Source of the DNA: Candidatus Woesearchaeota archaeon
GTDB taxonomy: Archaea > Nanobdellota > Nanobdellia > UBA10117 > JABICX01
Length of the DNA: 38,524 nt
Assembly: GCA_964435825.1 (NCBI GenBank)
Contig: CAYTAB010000003.1
Coordinates: 1-38,524 of the forward strand
Direction of reading: 5' to 3'
A program made the translations under genes and the position numbers. This document shows, piece by piece, positions 12,901 through 16,260 of the stretch (its first letter is position 1; each line of letters opens with the position of its first letter). Under the pieces are notes generated by a model, which was given only the letters and a program-made list of their open reading frames with translations, had not been told where the DNA came from and made no database searches.

Positions 12901-13975
12901 CTGCACTAATAGAAAAATTATAAATGATTTTATCTGAAAATCTGCTATATTTTGCACTTAAATTAGTGTTTAAAAGAAATTGATTTGTTAAATTATAAAA
13001 ATCAAAATAATGCGAACTATCAACTACAGGTGTTGAAAAATAAAACTTATTTGAATAATTTTGAGTTGCAACAAAATCAAATTCAATTGTTTTTGAAAAA
13101 ACAGAATCTCCATTACATGTAACAATCATCTTATGATGTCCTGTTGAAAGATATGGATAATAATTGACCCAGTAATCCTGTTCCTTATCCAAGAGAGTTG
13201 AAAAATCACTATCATCAAAATTAAAAATACAATATTCAAAATCATAATAAGGTTTTACTACAACTTCAACACCTCCAGTGTATTTTGAAGATTGAATTGG
13301 AGAGATTACATCAAAACCTTCAGAATAAAGCATAAAATCTTTTTGATTTAAAAAAATCCAATTACCATTTCCAGATAAAACTAAAGAATCTTTTCCCTCT
13401 AAAGAATAACACTGCAATATTGAATCTTCTCTGCATATAAAATCATAGTTTTGCTTAAAAAAAATCTCAAAACTGCTTACATCAGAATCAATATAAAAAC
13501 CTTTTTCATTATTTGAAAAATTAAGATAACTAACTTGTTTTAGAAAAAAAGAAGCTTTATCTTGCAGCAAAAATAAGTCGCGAGCATTCCCATTTTCCAA
13601 AAGAAAAGTATCTGTAACTGAAAAAGAATCTGCACTCATCTCTTGCCCATTAAAAAAAGAAACACCATCATCAAAAAACTTAACAAAATTTGTAGAATAG
13701 TCAAACTCTTTTTCAGAATAACAATTTGGTGTTGAAAGCGATACTGAATAATGAACATTTTTCAATGGAAAAAAGTCAAAAGAGTCTGTTGAAGAATATG
13801 TTTTGCAATTATAATCAGTGCATATTTTAACATCATATATTGAAGGAAGGTAATTATAACCGATTTGAGCATCAAAAGAACATTCTCTCAAATCAAAAGA
13901 AAACACAATTGGCAGAGCTAAACTTAAAAGGATAATACTAAAAAGAGTTCTAAATATGTTAAATGTTCTATTCAT
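986..13975 (-). CDS. Giant (4,329 aa) secreted mosaic surface/adhesin-like protein
   Basis: Uninterrupted 12,990-nt ORF in AT-rich DNA, which is very unlikely by chance. ATG start. N-terminal signal-like segment MNRTFNIFRTLFSIILLSLALPIVFSF. Recognisable modules are an MG/alpha-2-macroglobulin-like beta-sandwich, seven Cys-pair Ig-like repeats, and DUF2341-like, LamG-like and CARDB-like domains. No C-terminal TM or sorting signal is visible. Confidence 0.9.
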   Translation of the reverse strand: MNRTFNIFRTLFSIILLSLALPIVFSFDLRECSFDAQIGYNYLPSIYDVKICTDYNCKTYSSTDSFDFFPLKNVHYSVSLSTPNCYSEKEFDYSTNFVKFFDDGVSFFNGQEMSADSFSVTDTFLLENGNARDLFLLQDKASFFLKQVSYLNFSNNEKGFYIDSDVSSFEIFFKQNYDFICREDSILQCYSLEGKDSLVLSGNGNWIFLNQKDFMLYSEGFDVISPIQSSKYTGGVEVVVKPYYDFEYCIFNFDDSDFSTLLDKEQDYWVNYYPYLSTGHHKMIVTCNGDSVFSKTIEFDFVATQNYSNKFYFSTPVVDSSHYFDFYNLTNQFLLNTNLSAKYSRFSDKIIYNFSISADMIKKLPKYTFSVNKRIQIDKKAFLEILIEKGYYVSDSEFSLNSFNFKMNPSDTNLNFYPDCIYLSSAGLSQEIGLMKVDLKNQSSVYFNLLFDKNLFLNSDLYNEFCIFDNESLEKPIISASYQNISFIDLPNLNIDEVDFSDLHYVSSEFPGIVDVTSDRIYIDKQEFEKSKVSSILIRAHTLDKIVYIKRIDSDAILNSDSNKLIINLNQKDNKFLNIEFGIIAKGNLYHFSRDFNLDFDNAFSLQQTPKITLGNAKYVDVEFVEHSETNDKPLQTQPALSGDFASFSLLSSDFDSKTLLEYRQFKENGFLEDSSQKGTQVLRLIEGQDFEIKKHRAGFSIFSSAREVEVVLKDSRRIKPGIYKVTSYYENKNGTLSKEVLWFSWGLVSVNTEKPLYRPNETANLKIVVLDKNGFCIDGAKVELTIIDPSGKVYSNIKVSASEETGVYDASFDTKVIGEHKLLVKAYADGVKTNIESFFNVVSDYDFDIIRKVPVTIDPWRGPFTNEFKITSFSNLEIKEVVEILPVEFKVINSYGGVVNEMGDIKTITWKYKNESSEFKYTAQAPFISPYLYELGNARIIYKKGLFNRIFVENRTWLFALDPLRTSSFNFSQYASDGHYACEKGGDIPSDPSDCGANALAADYAAINLSDNSRWDTSLATSDSENNSQMFFFKVDAPHVVNNFTWTWEGYYTDDESSGSDKSALAQDIYIWNESGSEWVSVYSTSNGQGTSDNVRSGSISTNADDFVWNDSGDYYVVMMVTAEHDEDEDESGVSCPFVFSWNGSEYVYEHEGYPFSVIRASEAISYERLNDLVLEEGYYNILLGERLDEVSYTNNFNLRIVEHPKNTEAIPDLAGNIHTVKNRILPVSCKDIFFNSSCLLEISEDDGVPWVNENLKEFIQKEVWQNGILLKFPENESKQGKLVLHLMKTGLMTKAWIFYVDLVGYNNWKIWQDIVSASFLGERFNSAFDKNVNLRVETWNGEKWVVQGQIKAGLEDWTEFLIPVNLSENKEIRIVSSPGFYQIDSAYIDYSEDENINIHNLEIDSAITDYGENVADDLKKFDKKRVTLNKGDNISIKLKAPEFINENYEKTAIVSVGGYYNFVPAEGFDISNKTFSEFIYGTKDWILSLFEENYVPKLVLPKFGAVRHSLRTDFSGMDINLKVAPEYNYSGFNISSGSNIDRGAIIRAYAFWNYTDGVSQSKIEHDGTGSKINYTISTIYNESSGSWTNYTIDTSNRTEYSVLGRIDVYSIYAQDKEVWGATSNIGYFYLWDFVNLSKIQIYPSTINETQSTEIKCRVINRDTGDAVSGYRIYFFDNSSGYLGNSLTNSSGWANYSKTYSSPNFVNITCNISDSSSLYLKASSEKQKSSVLQVLDSSSPLVYLEFPEDSAQDADGNVTFNFNVTDSSSEIENCSITIDSNINKTITSVQEGITQNFTVWGLSNGNHLWNVSCFDKSDNENRGDSSTRTIEIVPDTEGPDIQLLLPPNSSEDPDGNVTFTFKVNDSLSGVASCELIVDEYIENSSSDIEENVEIEFYKTGLFNGLHYWQINCTDDSSNQNHQLSQLWQFSVTSDSTPPEISLFAPVNNSKDTDGNVTFVYQADDYASGIENCSLYLLDEYNQTSDSVSEATNQTFFISSLDEGNYYWFIECFDDSSNQNSKNSTALNFTVNYDFDAPTVSIYYPENKTQDLDGVLYFNYSVSDENDIANCSLILNDTIYTTDTLVSIGDNYFYVDDLAVGEYYWNVNCTDLSDSLLTGYANDSFFLKVSPDYDPPEITLISPLNDSKDTDGEVIFRYIVNDVFSGIDNCKLILNNEVYDTDNEIEEGVYQTFSETLSQDNYTWSINCTDDSLQSNNAQSEDRVVSVELDFEMHMNVSLERELYAANEIFKIDGDVYDGYDNPLYDANASLYIVKNLDTDNATIAWFDSGFEKRKEIVIENLLDEVVEDVSVNLTLDTTSSDIVTGCTNVRFADHENNLLNHFLVSGSKTSTTKFLVKLNRLLTGNNTIAIYYKNTSDAPDYSSKYSTTPVYDDFEDNNFNTTYWYRTTNGDPLSGDWDAASGGADSTSYSTSSTLTCDGNFFTHCDETKASFSKSVTLSKGGYLSFYWGRTSTTGCTFEFLVDGQQIDTQTSTGWNFDSYYLTEGSHTIKWEHTLASANSNRVCTSQVDQIFFYTNGTEQRDISTEHEFISFVGSNTTDYDGEFSLYWNSSGSSHGNYSVTAYSTLGSYWSPLGYDTFILDGDIVAPELVTWNINVSNGAQIKRGGQILAYSEWTDNIGLDYAYLSHNGTGTQLNYSIGPLSGTTASANYTLNTSDLTEFSNLGMINVSAILVNDTSDNWAESSPSKYFYIYSSSEINESGFNNTNVSLNDLFTYSCHIRDEFDNHSIFRYNVSFYKNSELLGTNLTNSSGWAVRTITATPGGSLNISCEINDSSDLFYEKGSPYIVSDLIFVKQTPTFSSVFLNATSDGYYEYDNLSCEYHPSGGTTSATIAWFVDSIPMNMLNMDFEGGEADAINDYSGYGNDATPTGVEWNATGGLNGTGAFEFNGDSDRLYINSNINTTDDFSIEFWFKLRHEVNSTDTVDYYYIDKPNDFAIRQLSADSGRISVSTYSGEVQTNTNQWLPDTWYHIVVVYLSSDNVTVFVNGAADNYNDDYDAGIVSNDSQEIYIGEEDDGDSNFNGTIDSLRWYDRALSFDQVRELYLRQKNNVFVSKETVYQEEWQCKVTPFSIYEAGSTTDSNSENISSNAPAFVSKIECENDGTWKNCTTITYGGGLTRVRVNCTGLSDNASIFLFNNPDYVTLFNGTVKTKTNGWYIYNNYDLSLWDSGQMNISASCYGPFGNNETSETWNYPWGTLTINISFPQVNATVVQGFTSQIVARVSCLVGECGDVNATLNTSEDGLVSTSTSTTPFYSLDSNPQNKTDISCLTNMAGGLNCSVPWILNSSGNPSDERSFYAFVTPVQYIGHLSGNTSIQRKLTITSYSPLSSGQIQCEESSSWKECSELDWAEKITRMRINCTAGSFSISNATFILENIEDSKQLISGTSFTESAGWWVFDNDDLIINDSGTFNLTAVCYDNRSISSQNSTNWFVDWGWLNVTLIYPDSVKYVEKYNVFNFTTQVQCIGGECGDVSAQLNSSENGIISTSTSATPFYTLSENPRNDSDDSCLSELKNGTVCSSYWLLNATGSLGNHSLFSYYYSLNYSSVLSNESEYRNITIYSWAKIDEAYLNPTSVGEGDKTTMYCRVEDNITQEDVSDYWVLFYNDSVYMGSNLTGSDGYAQYSFNPAESGMFTISCNISSNSTLYYNASESNFGQATLAVGSGISVYDFSDTTYNSAYEGTTNTTWTEIDDPYSDLTSDNNVYQDYSAGSGNYAFTRFEFKINESEETVTLLNVTWAGYGDVDSGTDGFILYLYNDSSKEWVEFATYTTDNSEQTEYIGVTANLEDWINDSKYVKVLAKTYSAASSTSTVIATDFIQLVVWYDIASPNIDLIIPEDYYNSTSTSLIFNCSVSDDSYVENVSLYGDWNNGWHINLTNYSHYNNYNYTFNVDNFDDGTYNWNCYSCDKASNCAFDTFNYTFTIDTTPPEIVINVPSSEGVNYTSQSITFNVSLNEAGDTCLYSLDNGITNITMNKDSAKEFSHTNDSLTAGQYNVSYYCNDSVGNLNATESRKFGVTLYDFYVSEIEFNDSTPEEGQNILVIFHINNSEAADAVNVSIMLNVSYWNDSAWELSQTEYRNVSIAGGSGAQVNFSWVSSSGTYQFAAYADDKHEFTENDETNNVNYTNYSVSGWGVFYGYTNGTIILANSNSANFSTWLPTIMQGNLYFADYDSSIDFTQLEPLNDTNDFEEADSTMNMTAFNDSIKRLFDSNDDDVPDNLGTFIVYDKTITQVPFIKSTNTSSFVTGLLWDSSDGGSQYNGTQDLVFITVINDSKAGKYGVYDYEIKIPSKLQKYTGSNDWLSAYMELTS
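1535..1860 (-). other. CARDB-like domain
   Basis: YDFYVSEIEFNDSTPEEGQNILVIFHINNSEAADAVNVSIMLNV......RNVSIAGGSGAQVNFSWVSSSGTYQFAAYADDKHEFTENDETNNVNYTNYSV. The terminal E.NE.NN motif and overall pattern are typical of CARDB. Confidence 0.65.
1865..2450 (-). repeat. Two further Ig-like repeats of the same type as 7290-8770
   Basis: SPNIDLIIPEDYYNSTSTSLIFNCSVSDD..VENVSL...GTYNWNCYSCDKASN and TTPPEIVINVPSSEGVNYTSQSITFNVSLNE..DTCLYSLD...GQYNVSYYCNDSVGN. Confidence 0.6.
3235..4650 (-). repeat. Tandem duplication of a ~235-aa Cys-rich module (copy A 3950-4650, copy B 3235-3950)
   Basis: IECENDGTWKNC...TRVRVNCTG...CLVGECGDVNATLNTSEDGLVSTSTSTTPFYSLDSNPQN parallels IQCEESSSWKEC...TRMRINCTAG...CIGGECGDVSAQLNSSENGIISTSTSATPFYTLSENPRN. 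4151-4182 matches 3431-3462 at 31/32 nt, an offset of 720 nt. Confidence 0.8.
4790..5380 (-). other. LamG / concanavalin-A-like jelly-roll domain
   Basis: DYSGYGNDATPTGVEWNATGGLNGTGAFEFNGDSDRLYI...DDFSIEFWFK...WYHIVVVY...VTVFVNGA......IYIGEE....NFNGTIDSLRWYDRALSFDQVRELY is the characteristic Laminin_G_3-type pattern. Confidence 0.7.
5530..6100 (-). repeat. Copy 2 of the dispersed ~190-aa module (see 8770-9345)
   Basis: See copy 1. Protein-level collinearity plus the identical 23-nt stretch at 5655-5677. Confidence 0.7.
6850..7130 (-). other. DUF2341-like domain
   Basis: AWFDSGFEKRKEIVIENLLDEVVEDVSVNLTLDTTS...CTNVRFADHENNLLNHFLV...TKFLVKLNRLLTGNNTIAIYYKN matches the W...+R..I.I.N......+...V.L.L / +F.d..g..L.y..e / iWVKv...IY+YYGN pattern of DUF2341. 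Confidence 0.55.
7290..8770 (-). repeat. Five tandem ~98-aa Cys-pair Ig-like repeats (coding, period ~300 nt)
   Basis: Each unit has PP(E/D)I.L..P.N.S.D.DGNVTF.(F/Y)...D..SGI.NC.L......, then a second conserved Cys in W.(V/I)(S/N/E)C.D.S.N. The DGNVTF-type anchors lie near 8720, 8420, 8115, 7825 and 7525. Confidence 0.8.
8770..9345 (-). repeat. Copy 1 of a dispersed ~190-aa two-domain module (second copy 5530-6100, partial third copy about 2935-3235)
   Basis: IIRAYAFWNYTDG...HDGTGSKINYT...NLTNSSGWANYS...NITCNISDSSSLY parallels QILAYSEWTDNIG...HNGTGTQLNYS...NLTNSSGWAVRT...NISCEINDSSDLF. An identical 23-mer GCCCAGCCACTTGAATTTGTTAA occurs at 8892-8914 and 5655-5677. Confidence 0.7.
11483..11722 (-). 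other. MG (alpha-2-macroglobulin/Big-like) beta-sandwich module
   Basis: EKPLYRPNETANLKIVVLDKNGFCIDGAKVELTIIDPSGKVY...GVYDASFDT...GEHKLLVKAYADG follows the KP.YRPGE...v.v.d...G.p pattern typical of MG domains. Confidence 0.5.
12745..13290 (-). other. N-terminal module of the giant protein that is paralogous to ORF 1-828
   Basis: Shared blocks: V[ED][IV]V[IV]KP...F[ED]YC[IM]F.FD; TL[LM]D.E...W; G.H..[IT][VI][TS]C; [IL]I[YF]N[FY]S; RI.[IL]DK; SDSE..L. No family recognised. Confidence 0.6.
13895..13975 (-). other. Signal peptide / N-terminal anchor of the giant protein
   Basis: A basic N-terminus (MNRTFNIFR) is followed by a hydrophobic stretch (TLFSIILLSLALPIVFSF). Confidence 0.6.
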
Positions 13976-14077
13976 ATGATCAGCTCGGGAATTAATTGAA
14001 GTATGAAATAAAGTATACGTCAGATAATATAAAATTACGCTGTAATTAAAAAGTGAAAATATTATTACTGTATGATC

Positions 14078-14395
14078 TTAAAAATGTGAAAACCGAAAAA
14101 CTCTTCTTAACAGCCAAGCAACTGAAACAATTATTAACAAACTTGGCCAAAAAGGAAAATCTGCAGAAATATAACCAATGCTCCTTAATAACCAGAAAAC
14201 ACCAATAAATAAAAGCAAAAGAGGCCAAAAAAAACTTGAACGATATCTATAAGAATAGGTAGTAATTTTTGGGTTTTTAAGAGAGCTATTTATAACTTTA
14301 GCAAAATTCTGGCCTAATTCAACCCAATTTGATTCAACATCATCTAATTCTTTCTTATTGCTCTTTTTTTTATGTTTTTTAATATTAATCTTCAT
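14078..14395 (-). CDS. Small 2-TM membrane protein (LiaF-N/DUF5668-like hairpin), directly upstream of and co-oriented with the giant gene
   Basis: ATG start. Lys-rich N-terminus, then FFWPLLLLFIGVFWLLRSIGY and FWPSLLIIVSVAWLLRRVF, i.e. two WP..L(L/I)..G/V..WLLR hydrophobic helices. Confidence 0.6.
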   Translation of the reverse strand: MKINIKKHKKKSNKKELDDVESNWVELGQNFAKVINSSLKNPKITTYSYRYRSSFFWPLLLLFIGVFWLLRSIGYISADFPFWPSLLIIVSVAWLLRRVFRFSHF

Positions 14396-14477
14396 AAAAA
14401 ACTATCTCTTGCAGATTATTTAAATCTTGTTATGTCAACAAAAAATTTAAATTTAGCAAATCATTAACTATGTTAAA

Positions 14478-14792
14478 ATGGAATTTACATGTGAAATTGT
14501 TGCTCAAAAAATTCTTCCTGCAGTTAAAGCAGAATTAGCAAGAACAATGAAAAAAGAAGGGATAACACAGCGAAAAATAGCAAAGGCACTTAATTTAACA
14601 GAAGCAGCAGTATCTCAATACTTGTCTGGAAAACGAGCAAGAGAATATGAGATACCTGAAACCATTAAACCAATGTTTCCAGTTGTAGCAAAGGCAATTT
14701 CCAAACAACAAAACAAAGAAATGCTGCAGTATGGTATTGGAGAGATTTGCAAAGAAATCAGGAAAATTGAAAATTTAAGATTCCATTGTTAA
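14478..14792 (+). CDS. HTH transcriptional regulator (archaeal COG2522-like, XRE-type HTH)
   Basis: ILPAVKAELARTMKKEGITQRKIAKALNLTEAAVSQYLSGKRA is a classic helix-turn-helix with the AAVSQYLSGKR signature. A TATA-like AATTTAAATTT lies about 25-30 nt upstream of the ATG, so the mRNA may be leaderless. Confidence 0.7.
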   Translation: MEFTCEIVAQKILPAVKAELARTMKKEGITQRKIAKALNLTEAAVSQYLSGKRAREYEIPETIKPMFPVVAKAISKQQNKEMLQYGIGEICKEIRKIENLRFHC

Positions 14793-14852
14793 TATTTTGT
14801 GTTTTTATTATTTCTTAAATTAAGAATTATTATTCAAATTAAAGCATAAAAA

Positions 14853-15785
14853 TCAATGTAAATTATTTTTAACTGAAATATATTTGCAAACTTGACAAAT
14901 ATCTTGACTTGTTAATTCTCCGCAAACCTTACATTTAGAAATATTGCCTTTTCTTTGTTTTCGAACAAGCTCTGAAATCTGGTCTCCGATTTTCACAATA
15001 GAAAATTCAATTCCAGGTCTGGTTTTTTTCATATCCTCAAGATAATTCATAAAATTAAATCTAAAACTTCCCTCACGGCATTTGCACAGCTCAGGAGAAT
15101 ATTTTAATTTAATAAAATCTGCATAAGCCTTGACTTCATCTTCAGGTATGCTTCTTAATATCTTTATACGCTGCACAAAACCTTTTCTTTTTGGAAGAGA
15201 AATCGCTCCTAATGCTGAAAATCCTTTCAAGTCTGCTCTTGAAAAATTCATTAAAAAACTTTGTGCCTCATCTGTTAAATTATGGCCTGTAGCAAGTTTT
15301 GTAAAACCTTGCTCTCTTGCAACTAAATCAAGTGCTCTTCTTCTAAGAACCCCGCACACTGAACAGCGGTTTACACCTAGTTTTTTTGAAACATTAACAA
15401 TATCTGTCATTGAAAAATCAAAAAGAGAACGAAGACTAATTATTTCAAGGTCAACCTGCTCTTTTTTGCATATTTTTCTGCACATTTCAGCGCTCTTAAC
15501 TGAAAAATAATCACCTCTATCTACATAAAAAGCCTTAATCTTAATATCTTTCTTATAGCGAGTATATCGTTTAAGAAAATCAAGAACAACAGCTGAATCT
15601 TTTCCTCCTGAAAGTGCAACAGCAATCTTGTCTTTATCAGCAATAAGTTGATTATTTCTGATTGTCTTAGATATTCTCTGCTCCTGAAGTTTAATAAAAC
15701 AAGTCTTGCATAAGCTCTTTCCTAAATAAGGCAGATAATATGCAGATTTTCTAGAACATTTGCTGCACTTATCATTATTTTTCAT
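14853..15785 (-). CDS. PP-loop ATPase, tRNA 2-thiolation enzyme of the TtuA/Ncs6(NcsA) family
   Basis: PP-loop SGGKDS. N-terminal CSKC...CKTC and C-terminal CKVC...CQVC zinc-finger pairs. Central CSVCG plus a later Cys (CKC) could be Fe-S ligands. Confidence 0.85.
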   Translation of the reverse strand: MKNNDKCSKCSRKSAYYLPYLGKSLCKTCFIKLQEQRISKTIRNNQLIADKDKIAVALSGGKDSAVVLDFLKRYTRYKKDIKIKAFYVDRGDYFSVKSAEMCRKICKKEQVDLEIISLRSLFDFSMTDIVNVSKKLGVNRCSVCGVLRRRALDLVAREQGFTKLATGHNLTDEAQSFLMNFSRADLKGFSALGAISLPKRKGFVQRIKILRSIPEDEVKAYADFIKLKYSPELCKCREGSFRFNFMNYLEDMKKTRPGIEFSIVKIGDQISELVRKQRKGNISKCKVCGELTSQDICQVCKYISVKNNLH

Positions 15786-15874
15786 TGTTTTATTTAAAAG
15801 AGATAATTATTTAAACCTAATGTTGTTAAAATTAATATCTTAAACCTTGAAAGCAAACTTCAGGGTTTGAAATT

Positions 15875-15882
15875 GAGGTGGT
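15875..15882 (+). promoter_or_regulatory. Shine-Dalgarno (GAGGTGGT) for the histone-fold gene
   Basis: Complementary to the archaeal 16S 3' end consensus. There is a 6-nt spacer to the ATG at 15889. Confidence 0.55.
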
Positions 15883-15888
15883 ATTAAA

Positions 15889-16260
15889 ATGACAGAACAA
15901 GAAATCGAAAAACATGAAGAAACTGAAGAAGATGACTCCCTGCCATTTCCAAGAGCAAGAATAGTCAAACTTATGAAAGAGCAAATTGGAACTGAAAAAC
16001 AAATACGTTCTGAAGTAAAAGAAGCCATCAATATCTGGCTTGGAGAATTATTAAAAAAAATATCCAAAGAAATGGGAAACACTCAATTTGGATCTGTAGG
16101 AATTGCAGATTTTCAGCGAGCAACAAAACCCTATGATATGATTACAGATATTGTAAAAGACGAAGAGCGACTTAAACTAAGTGTTCAAAAACTTAATGCT
16201 GATGCAGAACATATCATAACTGAATTTAATCGTTTTTTTGAGGTGATAAAGGGGAAATGA
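15889..16260 (+). CDS. Histone-fold protein with acidic N-tail and ~45-aa C-terminal extension
   Basis: LPFPRARIVKLMKEQ (helix 1, LP.A+I.+..K pattern), VKEAINIWLGELLKKISKEM (long helix 2), GIADFQRA (L2/helix 3). N-terminal EKHEETEEDD. At 123 aa it is longer than ~67-aa HMf-type histones. Confidence 0.7.
   Translation: MTEQEIEKHEETEEDDSLPFPRARIVKLMKEQIGTEKQIRSEVKEAINIWLGELLKKISKEMGNTQFGSVGIADFQRATKPYDMITDIVKDEERLKLSVQKLNADAEHIITEFNRFFEVIKGK
16240..16247 (+). promoter_or_regulatory. Shine-Dalgarno (GAGGTGAT) for polB, embedded in the 3' end of the histone-fold gene
   Basis: 9-nt spacer to the polB ATG (16257). The polB ATG overlaps the upstream TGA stop (ATGA). Confidence 0.55.

Noticed and set aside
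14046-14228. 60-aa minus-strand ORF overlapping the 105-aa membrane-protein ORF
   Set aside because: It is an alternative frame of 14078-14395, which has the coherent 2-TM architecture and an ATG start.
15130-16082. Antisense ORFs 15130-15510 (+) inside the PP-loop ATPase gene and 15840-16082 (-) opposite the histone-fold gene
   Set aside because: The opposite-strand genes have unambiguous catalytic or fold motifs. The antisense products are S/F/L-rich, as expected from complementing K/E-rich codons.
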